NCBI RefSeq assembly: GCF_006345805.1
Contig: NC_042998.1
Location: 167,400,001 to 167,464,000 of the forward strand
Direction of reading: 5' to 3'
Length of the DNA stretch: 64,000 nt
From: Octopus sinensis
Taxonomy: Eukaryota
Shown: one piece after another, positions 1-12,139 of the stretch
Position numbering within the stretch: position 1 is the stretch's first letter
Layout: each line of letters starts with the position of its first letter
Notes under the pieces: model-generated
Told to the model about the DNA's origin: nothing
The model's input: only the letters and a program-made list of their open reading frames with translations
Databases searched by the model: none
Made by a program: the position numbers and the translations under genes

Positions 1-63
1 CACCAAGTCCATCCTTTAAAGATCGAAATAAGTTATTTCGATCTTGAAAGGATGGACTTGGTG
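1..63. repeat. Near-perfect palindrome (31-bp arms, 1-nt centre, 1 mismatch)
   Basis: caccaagtccatcctttaaagatcgaaataa (1-31) vs ttatttcgatcttgaaaggatggacttggtg (33-63); may extend beyond the window edge. Confidence 0.9.
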
Positions 64-438
64 CAAACATAATTGTATCTATTATTATTATTATTATTAA
101 TATTAATAGTAATTTTTATTGACTTTTATAGCTTTATAATTTTATGAACTGAACCATGGTTTTAATTATTATTTTTCATCTCCCTATGTGTTAGTTTTTT
201 AAAACTATTAGCCAAATATGTATAATAACTGTGCTTATTAATATTAATATATACACTGATATATATATTTTGTTTTATTTTGTTTTGTTTACCTTGCATT
301 ATTGTACCAATGAGTATTATATTATATAAGTGTAGCATTATCGAGTTTATGCATAAGTTTTGATATTTTACATTTTTATATTTTTATATTTATATGTATA
401 TGGAAAAATAATTTTTTCACAATTATAACAAATTTAAT

Positions 439-548
439 TCTCTGAAGAGGCCGTGGGGCATCCTTGTTAATGCCTCATTTATACCTGCCTTTATGGCTTA
501 TAGGTTAAATGAGGTATGACTGCCCTTGCTGCCGAAACAGCTGTCAGA
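439..548 (+). ncRNA. Type I hammerhead ribozyme motif, canonical core, long stem II (PLE pseudo-LTR type)
   Basis: TCT-CTGAAGA(442-448)-GGC...GCC-GAAAC(534-538)-AGCT-GTC(543-545)-AGA; stem I TCT/AGA, G10.1-C11.1 pair, palindromic AGCT loop in stem III, inner helices GGGGCA/TGCCCT and GCCTCATTTA/TAAATGAGGT. Confidence 0.8.
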
Positions 549-902
549 TATGATTTAATTACATATTATATTTGAAATTTTATACTTATATCTCTTTGTC
601 TATTTACATTTACTGTAATATTTTGTATAATGCCTTTACTGATATGTAATGGTGTATAAAGTATTGATTGGGTATCATCTGATAGTTGATGTTTTATTGA
701 TTTAAGTATGTTTCTCCATTTTCTAATTTTGTAGTATTAATTTACGGTAATATTATTACCTTTACCCATATAATACAATAGATGAACTGATTGTTTGGCA
801 ATTTTTAACATATATGTATTAGTCTTGTTGGGTACCTATCTTGCAGTATATTGGATATATGTTATCCCATGGTGGGTTGAATTTTCAACCCCTATCTCAT
901 TT

Positions 903-907
<5 letters not shown>

Positions 908-988
<81 letters not shown>
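908..988. repeat. Compound (AT)n(AG)n microsatellite
   Basis: Direct reading. Confidence 0.95.
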
Positions 989-989
<1 letters not shown>

Positions 990-992
<3 letters not shown>

Positions 993-1050
993 GCGAAGTC
1001 GTGAATCCGCGATAGTTGAACCGCGAAGTAGCGAGGGATCACTGTATATT
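990..1050 (+). mobile_element. Right end of Tigger/pogo-like MITE
   Basis: Ends cgagggatcactg|ta, matching the TIR family of the 16337-16818 element. Confidence 0.55.
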
Positions 1051-1430
1051 ACATATATGATACATATATAATGCAAAAATGACATGCAACAACATTTTAT
1101 TGACTGCGATAGTCAATAAAATACACATAAAATTTCAAAATTCAATCCATCTGTGCGGTCCGGTATCAAGTGATCCACGATCCAGTTCAGATCCGCAGCC
1201 CGGCAGTTGGGGGACACCTACCGTTGAGCTAGGTCTTAAAACACGAGCTAGCTGCTGCACATGTAGAATCAGTTAATGTGGGAGTTATTTCAGGCTTTTG
1301 TTTAATATACTTTTAATTCGTCCAATGACAGAAGGGTTTTCACCCTTCCCCACGTTTTTTCATCACTTTCCCATCCCATATCACACGTCATTTTTTTTTT
1401 GTATTTGTATTTTGTATTTTTTGCATCTGT

Positions 1431-1675
1431 GGAGGCGCATGGCTTTGTGGTTAGGGTGTTGAACTCATGATCGTAAGGTTGTGGTTTCGAATCCTGGACC
1501 GGGCGATGCGTGCGTTCTTGAGCAAAGCACTTCATTTCACGTTGCTCCAGTCTACTCAGCTGGCAAAAATGAGTGTCACTGCGACGGACCGGGGTCCCGT
1601 CCAGGTGGGGAATTTCTACGCCACTGAAACCGGGAAACCGGCCCTTATGAGCCTGGCATGGTTCGAGAAGGAACA
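1431..1675 (+). mobile_element. tRNA-derived SINE
   Basis: A-box-like tggctttgtggttagg, B-box-like gtttcgaatcc, shared 3' core cccgtccag...gaaaccggcccttatgagc. Confidence 0.8.
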
Positions 1676-1684
1676 TTTATTTTG

Positions 1685-1990
1685 GGAGGCGCAATGGCCC
1701 AGTGGTTAGGGCAGCGGACTCGCGGTCGGAGGATTTCGGTTTCGATTCCCAGACCGTGTGTTGTGTGTGTTTATTGAGCAAAAACACCTAAAAGCTCCAC
1801 GAGGCTCCGGTAGGGGGTGGTGGCAACCCCTGTTGTACTCTTTCGCCACAACTTTCACTCTTTCTTCCTGTTTCTCGAGTAAAGCTGCAGTGGACTGGCG
1901 TCCCGTCCAGCTGAGGGGGGAGCACGTACGCCACAGAAACCGAGAAACCAGGCCCATGAGCCTGGCTAGGCTTGGAAAGGGCGAAAGGAA
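1685..1990 (+). mobile_element. tRNA-derived SINE (related family)
   Basis: ggaggcgcaatggcccagtggttagggcagcggactcgcgg...tttcgattccc head; same 3' core as 1431-1675 and 2691-2985. Confidence 0.8.
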
Positions 1991-2056
1991 AGGAATTTTC
2001 TGCATCTATCTCTTCGAGCCTTTATGACTAATAAAGAAAAGATTATTAATAAGAAT

Positions 2057-2265
2057 GGCAGCGAGTTGGCACAATTGTTAACACCCCGGCAAAATGCTCA
2101 GCGGCACTTCGACTGTCACTTCGCTCTGAGCTTGAAATTCTGATTGATTTTGCCTCTCATCCTTTCGGGAACGATGAAATATGTACTAGCCGACCACTGC
2201 GGTCGATGTAATCAACTTGCCCACTCCTCGAAATTACTAGCCATGTGCCTCTCTCAATCTCTCTC
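2057..2265 (+). mobile_element. SINE family A (ggcggcgagctggcagaa... head), diverged
   Basis: Homologous to copies at 17175, 49585 and 52705, and to minus-strand copies at 10205, 16040, 23065, 27195 and 27700. Confidence 0.75.
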
Positions 2266-2343
2266 CCATCCCCCTCTTTCTCTCTCTCTCTCTCTCTCTC
2301 CCTTACTATCTTTCTCTCTCCCCTTCTCTTCTCTCTCTCTCTT

Positions 2344-4341
2344 CTACTAGAAAGAGATCTATTGATAAAGCTGGATCGTTCATCCCATAATGTAGCAACC
2401 ATGTCAGCATGAATGTCCCTCTGAGCTAAACATATTTTCTGCAAGTATTTGATAACTCCACGATGCCATCTTGTCCATCTTCAAGAGAAGTCGCTATACT
2501 TTTCAAGTCTTCTTTAAACAATCAGATGTTTGTTTACCTGGAAAGGAAAGTTGAAATTAATGCATGCAATATTTTACGGCACTAACATCAGTCCTTAATA
2601 TTTACCCTATGAACTTTTCAGCCCACAAAACTTTATAAAGTATTTCAACCTGTACATATCATATATATGATATGTATATAAATAATTTTTGGAAGCACAT
2701 GACCTAGTGATTAGAGCAGCGGTCGAGGGATCGCGGGTTCGAATCTCAGACCGGGCGATGTGTATGTTTATGAGCGAAACACCTAAGCTCCACGCGGCTC
2801 TGGCAGAAGGTTATGGCAAACTTCTGCTAACTCTTTCGCCACAACTTTCTCTCACTCTTTCCTCCGGCATCTTGCAGCTCACCTGCGACGGACCGGCGTC
2901 CCGTCCAGGTGGGGAACCTATACGCCAAAGAAACCGGAAAACCGGCCCTATGAGCTGGGCGTGGCTCGAGAAGGAACAAACAACAACATATAAATTATTT
3001 ATATTTTTTGTTTCCTTGTCTTACTTTACTGAAGAAATTGAATAAATGGATTTTGTTTCAAATATGTGTAATGCCAACGGGGGTCCAAATAAGAATTTTG
3101 GGGGGCCACGCAAGCAAAATTATAAATTAGGAACTCACAGTAGTATATTAACGGTCCATGAAAAAGTCGTTGCAGTATCGAGCAGATTGCCTTGTGTTAT
3201 TCGCTCCGGATCTTTATGCACTGAACTCAAATACTACTAAGGTCATCTTTGCCTTTCAGTCATTCGTTGTCGATAAAGTACCAGTTCTATGTTAGGGTCG
3301 GCTCTTCTCTCTCNNNNNNNNNNNNNNNNNNNNNNNNNNNNNNNNNNNNNNNNNNNNNNNNNNNNNNNNNNNNNNNNNNNNNNNNNNNNNNNNNNNNNNN
3401 NNNNNNNNNNNNNTATTGATAAGCTTGGATCGTTCATCCCATAATGTAGCAACATGTCAGCATGAATGTCCCTGAGCTAAACATATTTTCTGCAAGTATT
3501 TGATAACTCCACGATGCCAAGTCTTGTCCATCTTCAAGAGAGTCGCTATACTTTTTCAAGTCTTCTTTAAACAATCAGATGTTTTTTACTGGAAGGGAAG
3601 TTTGAAATTATGCATGCATATTTTTACGGCACTAACATCAGTCCTTAATATTTACCCTATGAACTTTCAGCCCACAAAACTTTATAAAGTATTTCAACCT
3701 GTACATATCAATATATGATATGTATATAAATAAATTTTTGGAAGCACATGACCTAGTGTTTAGAGCACGGTCGAGGGATCGCGGGTTCGAATCTCGACCG
3801 GGCGATGTGTATGTTTATGAGCGAAACACCTAAGCTCCACGCGGCTCTGGCAGAGGTTATGGCAAACTTCTGCTAACTCTTTCGCCACAACTTTCTCTCA
3901 CTCTTTCCTCCGGCATCTTGCAGCTCACCTGCGACGGACGCGCGTCCCGTCCAGGTGGGGAACCTATACGCCAAAAGAAACCGGAAAACCGGCCCTATGA
4001 GCTGGGCGTGGCTCGAGAAGGAACAAACAACACATATAATTATTTATATTTTTTGTTCCCTTATCTTACTTACTGAAGAAATTGTATAAATGGATTTTGT
4101 TTCAAATATGTGTAATGCCAACGGGGGTCCAAATAAGAATTTTGGGGGCCACGCAGCAAATATAAATTAGGAACTCACAGTAGTATATTACGGTCCATGA
4201 AAAAGTCGTTGCAGTATCGAGCAGATTGCCTTGTGTTATTCGCTCCGGATCTTTATGCACTGAACTCAAATACTACTAAGTCATCTTTGCCTTTCGTCAT
4301 TCGTTGTCGATAAAAGTACCAGTTCTTGTTAGGGTCGGCTC

Positions 4342-4348
<7 letters not shown>
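2344..4348. other. ~970-bp direct duplication across a 100-N gap (3314-3413); probable assembly redundancy
   Basis: 2344-3313 is repeated at 3414-4348; the second copy differs mostly by scattered 1-nt indels. Confidence 0.8.
2691..2985 (+). mobile_element. tRNA-derived SINE (duplicated at ~3740-4030)
   Basis: gggttcgaatctcagacc B-box-like motif; homologous to 1685-1990. Confidence 0.75.
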
Positions 4349-4394
<46 letters not shown>

Positions 4395-4419
4395 CCTTTC
4401 TCTCTCTTTCTCCCTTTCT

Positions 4420-4483
<64 letters not shown>

Positions 4484-4655
4484 TCTCTCTCCCACTAGAA
4501 AGTGATCCGCTATGATCAAATCTGCAGGCGAATGAAGTCCGCTAGATCTAAAAGTGCCAAAGAGCCTTCAGACTCCAACATAAGCTGAGGACCCGTGAGG
4601 CACGCACATATTCTCATATATAAATGTGAGTGAGTGAGTGTGTGTGTGTGTGTGT

Positions 4656-4702
<47 letters not shown>

Positions 4703-6411
4703 CATGAAGTAGCATGTCACATAAACACGTGATGTGCCATTGAAACACGAGCGCACACACACATACACACATACACACGCACACACACGTTTATATGTAT
4801 GCGTCATACATAAAAACACATCTCAAATACAGAAATGGCCAAAAACAAAATTACACCCATTTATATACATACACAAACACATACATACTCATATACATAT
4901 TCATACTGACATTGAGAATTATTATATTGAGACACAAGTACGGATACACTTACAAACGAATTTGCGTTCACACAGACACATTAATATGAATATACAATGA
5001 AAATGGCGCATAAACACATAGTCATACTTGGATATTCGCATACAGACTGAAGTGTACGTATACACAAAACACACGTTAGAATATATCGTAAACAAATACT
5101 CACACTTGCACACACACACCACACACACACACATAACCAATGTATACACACACAACATATATATATATATATATATTTAAAAAAAAAAAATATATATATA
5201 TATATATATACACACACATACAGAATATATATGTATGCATACATACATATACAAATATATATACAAACATACATACATACATACATACATACATACATAC
5301 ATACATACATACATACATACATACATACATACATACAACGTACATACACAGACTCAAAACAAAACAAACATGAGCGAACGATGAATACTAAACAGTAACA
5401 GTAACTCAAAGAGATAGAGACATACAAACACATACAAGCAGTAAGGTATACACACATACACACACAGGCACCTGGGTCCAGAGGGAATCCTCCTTACCCC
5501 CTCTGAAATTCAACCCTTGAATGCCATGTGCCATTTCGACGCGACATACGATAGGCAGCGCTCTGAAACATAATAAATGAGTAAAAGAAAAACCCCGCCA
5601 AAAAACATGACTGAAAAAAAAAACCACCGAGGTAAACAATGGGGCCTTTCGCTGACACAGCCAAAGCTCATTCCTTTACTTAGTTTTTATCTTATAGAGG
5701 AATCAATTCTGGCCTTCTTTCATATGGCCAAGTGTCTGTGTGTATGTCTATGTATCAGTAAGTTATGCGTGCGCGTATGTCTGTATGTATGTATGTATGT
5801 ATGTGTGTGAGTGTGTATGCGTGTGATTGTGTACGTTTGCGTGTTTGTATAAGTATGTGTATGATGAGTGAGTTTATGTGTTTAGAGTTCCTGGTAGTAT
5901 AGAAATGCTTTAAGGTCTACAGTCTGGTAATAGTATGTTGTGTGTGTGTGTGTGTGTGTGTCTGTGTGTGTGTGAGTGTGTGTGTGTGTGTGAGTATGTG
6001 TGTATACATGTTTGTGTGTATGTATACATATATAATACAACGAAAATGGAGAATGCATATACATATATATTATATATTATTATATATATAATATATATAT
6101 ATATCATATATATATATTATATATATATATACACACACAGACACCCCCCCCACATACACAAACACCACACACACCACATACACAAACACACACATATATG
6201 CTTGTGGTTCACACAAAGTGCCTGCCGTGTCCTCCTGTCATGTCATAATTAGACTGTATAAAATGTTTTGCTTGTATTAACTAACAGTCATACCTCGTCT
6301 CGCTCGTATGGACTGCAGATAATTTCATAGCATCGCTTAATCCACGTATATAGACTCCTTTACCCCTACCCCCCTCTCTCTCTCTCTCTCTCTCCTCTCT
6401 CTCACACATTA

Positions 6412-6498
<87 letters not shown>

Positions 6499-6533
6499 TA
6501 AATGTTAATATGTGACAATTATTCGGTAGCCAT

Positions 6534-6594
6534 GATAAAACTCTGAGTTTCGGATGCCGAGGTGGAGATCCACGCCGCCATCTCTTCAGTTATC
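6534..6594 (-). ncRNA. Type I hammerhead motif (left arm)
   Basis: Minus strand: GATAA-CTGAAGA-GATG..GTGG-ATCT-CCAC..CATC-C-GAAAC-TCAGA-GTT-TTATC; 5-bp stem I. Confidence 0.7.
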
Positions 6595-6855
6595 CGGAAA
6601 AAATGCTATGAAGAATGACCGTTATACAAAGGGAAATTACTGTGTGATTGACCGTTATTAAGACAAAAGCGCTTTCTTAATGACCGCTAAGTAAGGGGAG
6701 GGAGTAAAAGTAAGGGGTAAAACGGTTCATAGTATTCGCGTAAGCGCACATGTTTATACCTACACAATGTGCATGCACCTAAAAGTATACACTTATCCAC
6801 CCTCACTTGACCCTTTCTATAACGGTCATTTTTCATAGCATTTTTTCGATGGCCG

Positions 6856-6916
6856 GATAACTGAAGAGATGACGGCGTGGATCTTCACCTCGGCATCCGA
6901 AACTCGGTGTTTTATC
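6856..6916 (+). ncRNA. Type I hammerhead motif (right arm)
   Basis: GATAA-CTGAAGA(6861-6867)-GATG...CATC-C-GAAAC(6899-6903)-TCGGT-GTT-TTATC. Confidence 0.7.
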
Positions 6917-7548
6917 ATGGGTACCGAATAATTGTCACATATTACATTTACAGATAAATTCCTCTATTTACATAATATCGAGGTCTCTTTCATTCTTTTG
7001 TTGTCTTACTTTTTTTATCAATATATATATATATATATACTATAATAATACTCTTGTGCTTTTCTCCGTCACAACATATGAATGAGAAAGGAAGAGGTGA
7101 CAGCAAACTTGTAGGATGATGGAAATTCTACGGTGAGAAAAAAATCAAACACCGTTTCAACTCGTGTGAGTATATGTGAATGTAAGTGTGCGCGTGTGTG
7201 TGTGTGTGTGTGTGTAATGGAAGTGGGATGATGGACATTCAACGCTGAAAAGAAAAATCGAACAGCGTTTCAAAAGAAATATTTTTAATGTGAATTCAAA
7301 CATGTAAGTTGTGTGTACAGCATTTATATTTTAGTTTTCTTTTAACAGACAATAATTTAATGTTTTTTTTTATTATTTTCAAGTCAATACCATTACACAA
7401 AATCTTTTGGCATATATAAAAAAATATTTTAAAGAGAAAATAACTTTAAAAATACGGTAAATATTTCGTAACATCGGTGTGAAACAATTTTTTTCCATGG
7501 TTTTTTTTCGAATAGGTTTTTTTCGATTCAACGTATCTCACTTCCAAA

Positions 7549-7661
7549 GATTTGGCTCCTATTTCTAGCACGCCCTGCTACCACGTAACAATTATTTGCG
7601 ATAAGGGACCCGAAATACCTGTTACATGGTAGCAGGGCCTGCTAGAAATAGCAGCCAAATC
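7549..7661. repeat. Hairpin, 42-bp arms, 29-nt loop
   Basis: gatttggctcctatttctagcacgccctgctaccacgtaaca / tgttacatggtagcagggcctgctagaaatagcagccaaatc. Confidence 0.85.
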
Positions 7662-8039
7662 TTTCCTGTTTCTGGGGAAAGGAGCTGTTTACGCATGATT
7701 TCGATGTCGCATTCGTTGAAAGCACGCGAATTAACCTTGGAAGGAAGGAAAAATACCCACGAAGCAAAATTCCGTTGATGGGAAACCCAGACTATAGTAG
7801 AAGAAACTTGCCGAAGGTACCACGCAGTGGGACTGAACCCGGAACTAAGTGATTGGGAAGCAAGCTTCTAACCACAGCCACGTACATTTGTAAAGAATAG
7901 CATGTGTATATAGCTTAATGATATGTACTTCAAAAAACCATTATTTCAATCATTCTCTCGAAAGTTTATAAATTCCTTATATCCCACTACACATGCACAT
8001 ATATGTGAGGTGTGTGTGTGTGTGTGTGTGTGTCTGTCT

Positions 8040-8250
8040 GTCTGTCTGTGACTGTGTCAGAGTTTTTGTCCCCTATCACCGCTTGACAATCGATGTTGGT
8101 GGGTTTATGTCCCAATAACTTAGTAGTTCGGCAAAAGAGACTGTCAGAATAAGTACTAGGCTTTAAAAAAGTTCTGGGGTCGATTTGTTCGAATATAACC
8201 AGCCAAGGAGGTGCCCCAGCATAGCTACAGTCTGACGACTGAAACAATTT
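8040..8250 (+). mobile_element. 3' half of SINE family C
   Basis: cgcttgacaatcgatgttgg...ggcaaaagagac...gactgaaacaa; homologous to 21705-22030 (minus) and 56100-56290. Confidence 0.8.
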
Positions 8251-8466
8251 AGAGACACACATATATACATGTGTAGGGCCTGTGTGTGTGTTTGTGTGCG
8301 TGTGTTCTTATATTCTCTCTAAATTAAATGTTGTTGAGTGATGCCAAATGCTTTGCTCTTACATTTTTGACTTTAATCTATATCTACCTGCTCAAGGAGA
8401 AACCACTTCCAGCCGCGTCTGATAAGCAGTTCAACCCGGAGCCTTAATGGTAAACTAAACTGAGTA

Positions 8467-8513
<47 letters not shown>

Positions 8514-10204
8514 TGTGTATGTGTGTGTCACTGAAGCTCAGTGATACATTGTGTACAGTGTGCTTTAAATATGGTGAATATTTTTGCATCTATCTTGTGG
8601 TTCTCTCTTTGTTATTTCGACAAGTAGATGTGTCAATGCGGTATAAAAAATTAGTAAATATATCCGGACTCGTCTACCGTGATTTTGATATCTTAGCCAT
8701 TAAGCTAATGCTGTCTTTCCTCGGCGCAGAGTATGGCGTATGGCGTTGATTCTTCGTCTCCGAGTTGGTATATAGCTGTGAAGATAGCTATTAGGAAAAT
8801 CGCACTGGTTTGAGTATGTAGCAGTGAAAACAGCTTGAGAGGAGAATTTCTTTAGAACTGAAGCGAAGTAATACCGAACTCTCACTGAAATATCGTACCA
8901 AAATCGGTTTCTTATAAAGCCGTCGCTGCAGGAATTTTCTAGAATTATCACGTGAACACTTGACTGTTATTGGTTGAAAATGGGGTCTGCACACGTGATA
9001 GACGCGTGAATCACATGCGATCGAAACATGAAAATGAAAATGAAATTAACTGCCATACTATATTTTGAACAAGAATTAATTCCATAGAATATAAATACTT
9101 AGGTATAGTCATAATTACATAGTAGAAAAGTCTTTCCAACTATCAAATACCTCACAAAAACTGTTAAATTCTCTTATTTATATTATGTGTCAAAATGTTC
9201 GTCCCTTGCGTCTTTGGTCGCATTTCCACTGTAATCGTAAAACAACGCTCAAATTTCAAATATAAATGGTATAAACACGTATACGAACAAATATGGCCGG
9301 ATTATACTAAAATACAAACGTATTTTAGTGTAATCAGTTGAGAATTTTCTCGATATGTGATAGGTACGAATCACTTATGGAGTGCATGTTCTGCTTATAA
9401 GCCAAGTAGGTAGTTTATAAGCTAAGTGCTTTTACATTACCTGATATCATTTATATTAAAATCATAAACGTTCATTTAAAATTTAGCATACACACACATA
9501 CACACACATACATACATACATGCATGCATACATACACACACACACACACGTATATACTGATGTTTGTTTTTAGGTACCGTTATACTAAAAACAATTTCAC
9601 GATAATCTGATGTGTTACTCTATACTTTTGTAGAGTTCAAATTTATTATTTTTAAACAAAAATATTATTGGCAGTCACTTCGAAGTTTTAGCCACTGTCA
9701 ATAATATTCTTGTTTAAGAATAATATGTGTAGTTTACTTTTTTGTCAAGGTAAAATCAACAAAAAAGTACTTCGTCCGGTAAGAGATAAATATTGTTTGC
9801 AGATTGAAGAACACCTTCTCCGCATTGAGCAGCTGTATTGCAGGCTAAAACCTTTCCGTTGATTCTACATCAAGTAGTTATATGGCTTTACGATCAAAGG
9901 TAACGTAACTATAATTCTTCTTTTGGTTTTTTGTTTCTGCTTTTCTTTTTTTTTTTCTTTCACTCTTCGACTAAACCCGATTTATCAATATCTCCTCGTG
10001 TCACAGCTTTGCGATGTTCGTCTACCCTTATTTTGACATTATCCGTCGAATGTAAATAATGTAAATAAAGTCAATGATGTACATAATTCCTCATCTCTTA
10101 AACATAGAACTGTACTCCTCTAAGCAGTTTGACGAAATGCCACTCCAGTGTAATTGGTTTAATTTTGAAACCAGGCTAGCAACTTCATGGGAGGAGTGTA
10201 AGTC

Positions 10205-10370
10205 GATTACATTGATACCAGTGAACGGCCGGTTTTTATTTTACGAACCTCTGAAAGGGTGAAAGGCAAATTCGACTTCGGTGGAAGTTGAACTCAGAGC
10301 ACGAAGACGGACAAAATGCTGTTTAGTATTTTGACCGGTGTGCTAACGATTCTGCCAGCTCACCGCCTTG
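10205..10370 (-). mobile_element. SINE family A
   Basis: Reverse complement of the family A head (gaactcagagcacg...gctaacgattctgccagctc). Confidence 0.75.
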
Positions 10371-10541
10371 CACTCCAATATGATTAACCGCAAATATTGA
10401 GTAACTTTCACACAAAATCAATTACGTACAATGGCGTTAGAAACGGAGCAGAATAGAAACAAATGTAACTTATACTAAAGATATGCCATATTGGATTATA
10501 TGTTACTCTTTATAATCTACACATTGCTTTTAATCTACACA

Positions 10542-10621
<80 letters not shown>

Positions 10622-10959
10622 ATCAGTAATGTAGCTGGAATTTCAAAACCAGTGGATTGAAATTTTTCTTCTGGTTCCAGAGAGTAAACAGCCAAGAGTT
10701 CAAGGCCCCTGCGGCTGGTCTTCACTTAGAAGCCTTATGTGTGTGTATGCGATGTGTGTGTGTATACATTTATATACACATACACACAGATACACACATA
10801 CACACATACATATGACTATTTGTATTGTGTAATTATATGTTTGTACACGTGTGATAACATATATTTACTTAAAGAGAAATTTGTGTGTGTATGTGTTTGT
10901 GCGTGTATGTATGTGTGTTTGCGAGCACGTGTGCGTGTGTGTGTATATTTCTATTTAAG

Positions 10960-11050
10960 TAAATAAGTTAGCACACGTGTACAAATAAATATATACATAC
11001 AGATATAATACGTATGCATATGTATGTGCATGGATGTGTATAGGCGTGCT

Positions 11051-11123
<73 letters not shown>

Positions 11124-11228
11124 ACATATACATATATATGTATATATATATGTATGTATATATATATATATGTGTGTGTGCGTATACATATACATATGTA
11201 TATATGTGTACATATATGTATACAATAC

Positions 11229-11263
<35 letters not shown>

Positions 11264-11284
11264 CTATATATATATATATTATAC

Positions 11285-11358
<74 letters not shown>

Positions 11359-11400
11359 TTATCATGTGAGTACGAGAGAGAGGGAGAGAGAGAGAGATTG
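10960..11400. repeat. Large compound (AT)n/(GT)n/(AG)n microsatellite block
   Basis: Direct reading; source of several spurious YI/CV ORFs. Confidence 0.95.
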
Positions 11401-11708
11401 ATGGATATCTTATGTAATCTGAACTGAACGAGATATTAAAAATATTCGGATGTGACAACGCTTTTACATCGTATACTGAATCTAAAATTACAGTCCTCGA
11501 GTATGTAACAGTCATAAATATTCGAACACCACACGAGGGTCACTGTATAAGCAAGTGTGTGGGTGTGTTTCTGCATGTGTGTGTGTGTGTGTGTTGTGTG
11601 CTACTGCAAATACACACAAGCGATTCGAGGGGACATCAGAAGTCTAGCAAATGAGCATACGCAAGGAAACTAACTGGCACACTCACGCACATGCACATAC
11701 ACACGCGT

Positions 11709-11741
<33 letters not shown>

Positions 11742-12024
11742 CACACACACAAACACATAAATACATTCATACATACATATATATATATATATAGCACAAA
11801 GTAAGATAGGGGTTATGGGTGTAAGCCACTATGGGATAGTGGGTTACACTAATGATTTCATTAATTTATATTATGACTTTTATAATTTGTATTCTTATCT
11901 TATATCTTATATGTATTGAATTATAAGATATATATGTATGCTATTGATGTTCTCATTTCGCTAAATGAATAAATAATCCATCATTGATGAAGAAACTAAA
12001 TTTGTTTCTCCATTTTCTTATTTG

Positions 12025-12082
<58 letters not shown>

Positions 12083-12139
12083 TATATATATACATATAAA
12101 CGCCGAGCATCTTCATTTCCGTCTACCAAATCCATTCAG

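Larger units (their letters stand above)
6496..7020. mobile_element. Non-coding foldback element with HHR-bearing inverted arms (PLE-derived / retrozyme-like)
   Basis: Arms ~6496-6630 and ~6815-6955 are diverged reverse complements; each contains a hammerhead motif. Confidence 0.75.

Noticed and set aside
1431-1510. tRNA-like sequences here and at 1685, 2691, 13520 and 25580
   Set aside because: They continue into shared SINE bodies and lack a clean cloverleaf, so they are SINE heads, not tRNA genes.
7112-7272. Diverged ~48-bp direct repeat (ggatgatgga...cgtttca)
   Set aside because: Old local duplication with no further structure or coding signal.
8229-8250. CTGACGA-CT-GAAAC
   Set aside because: No room for stem II and no NUH or stem I; it is a mutated SINE C tail.
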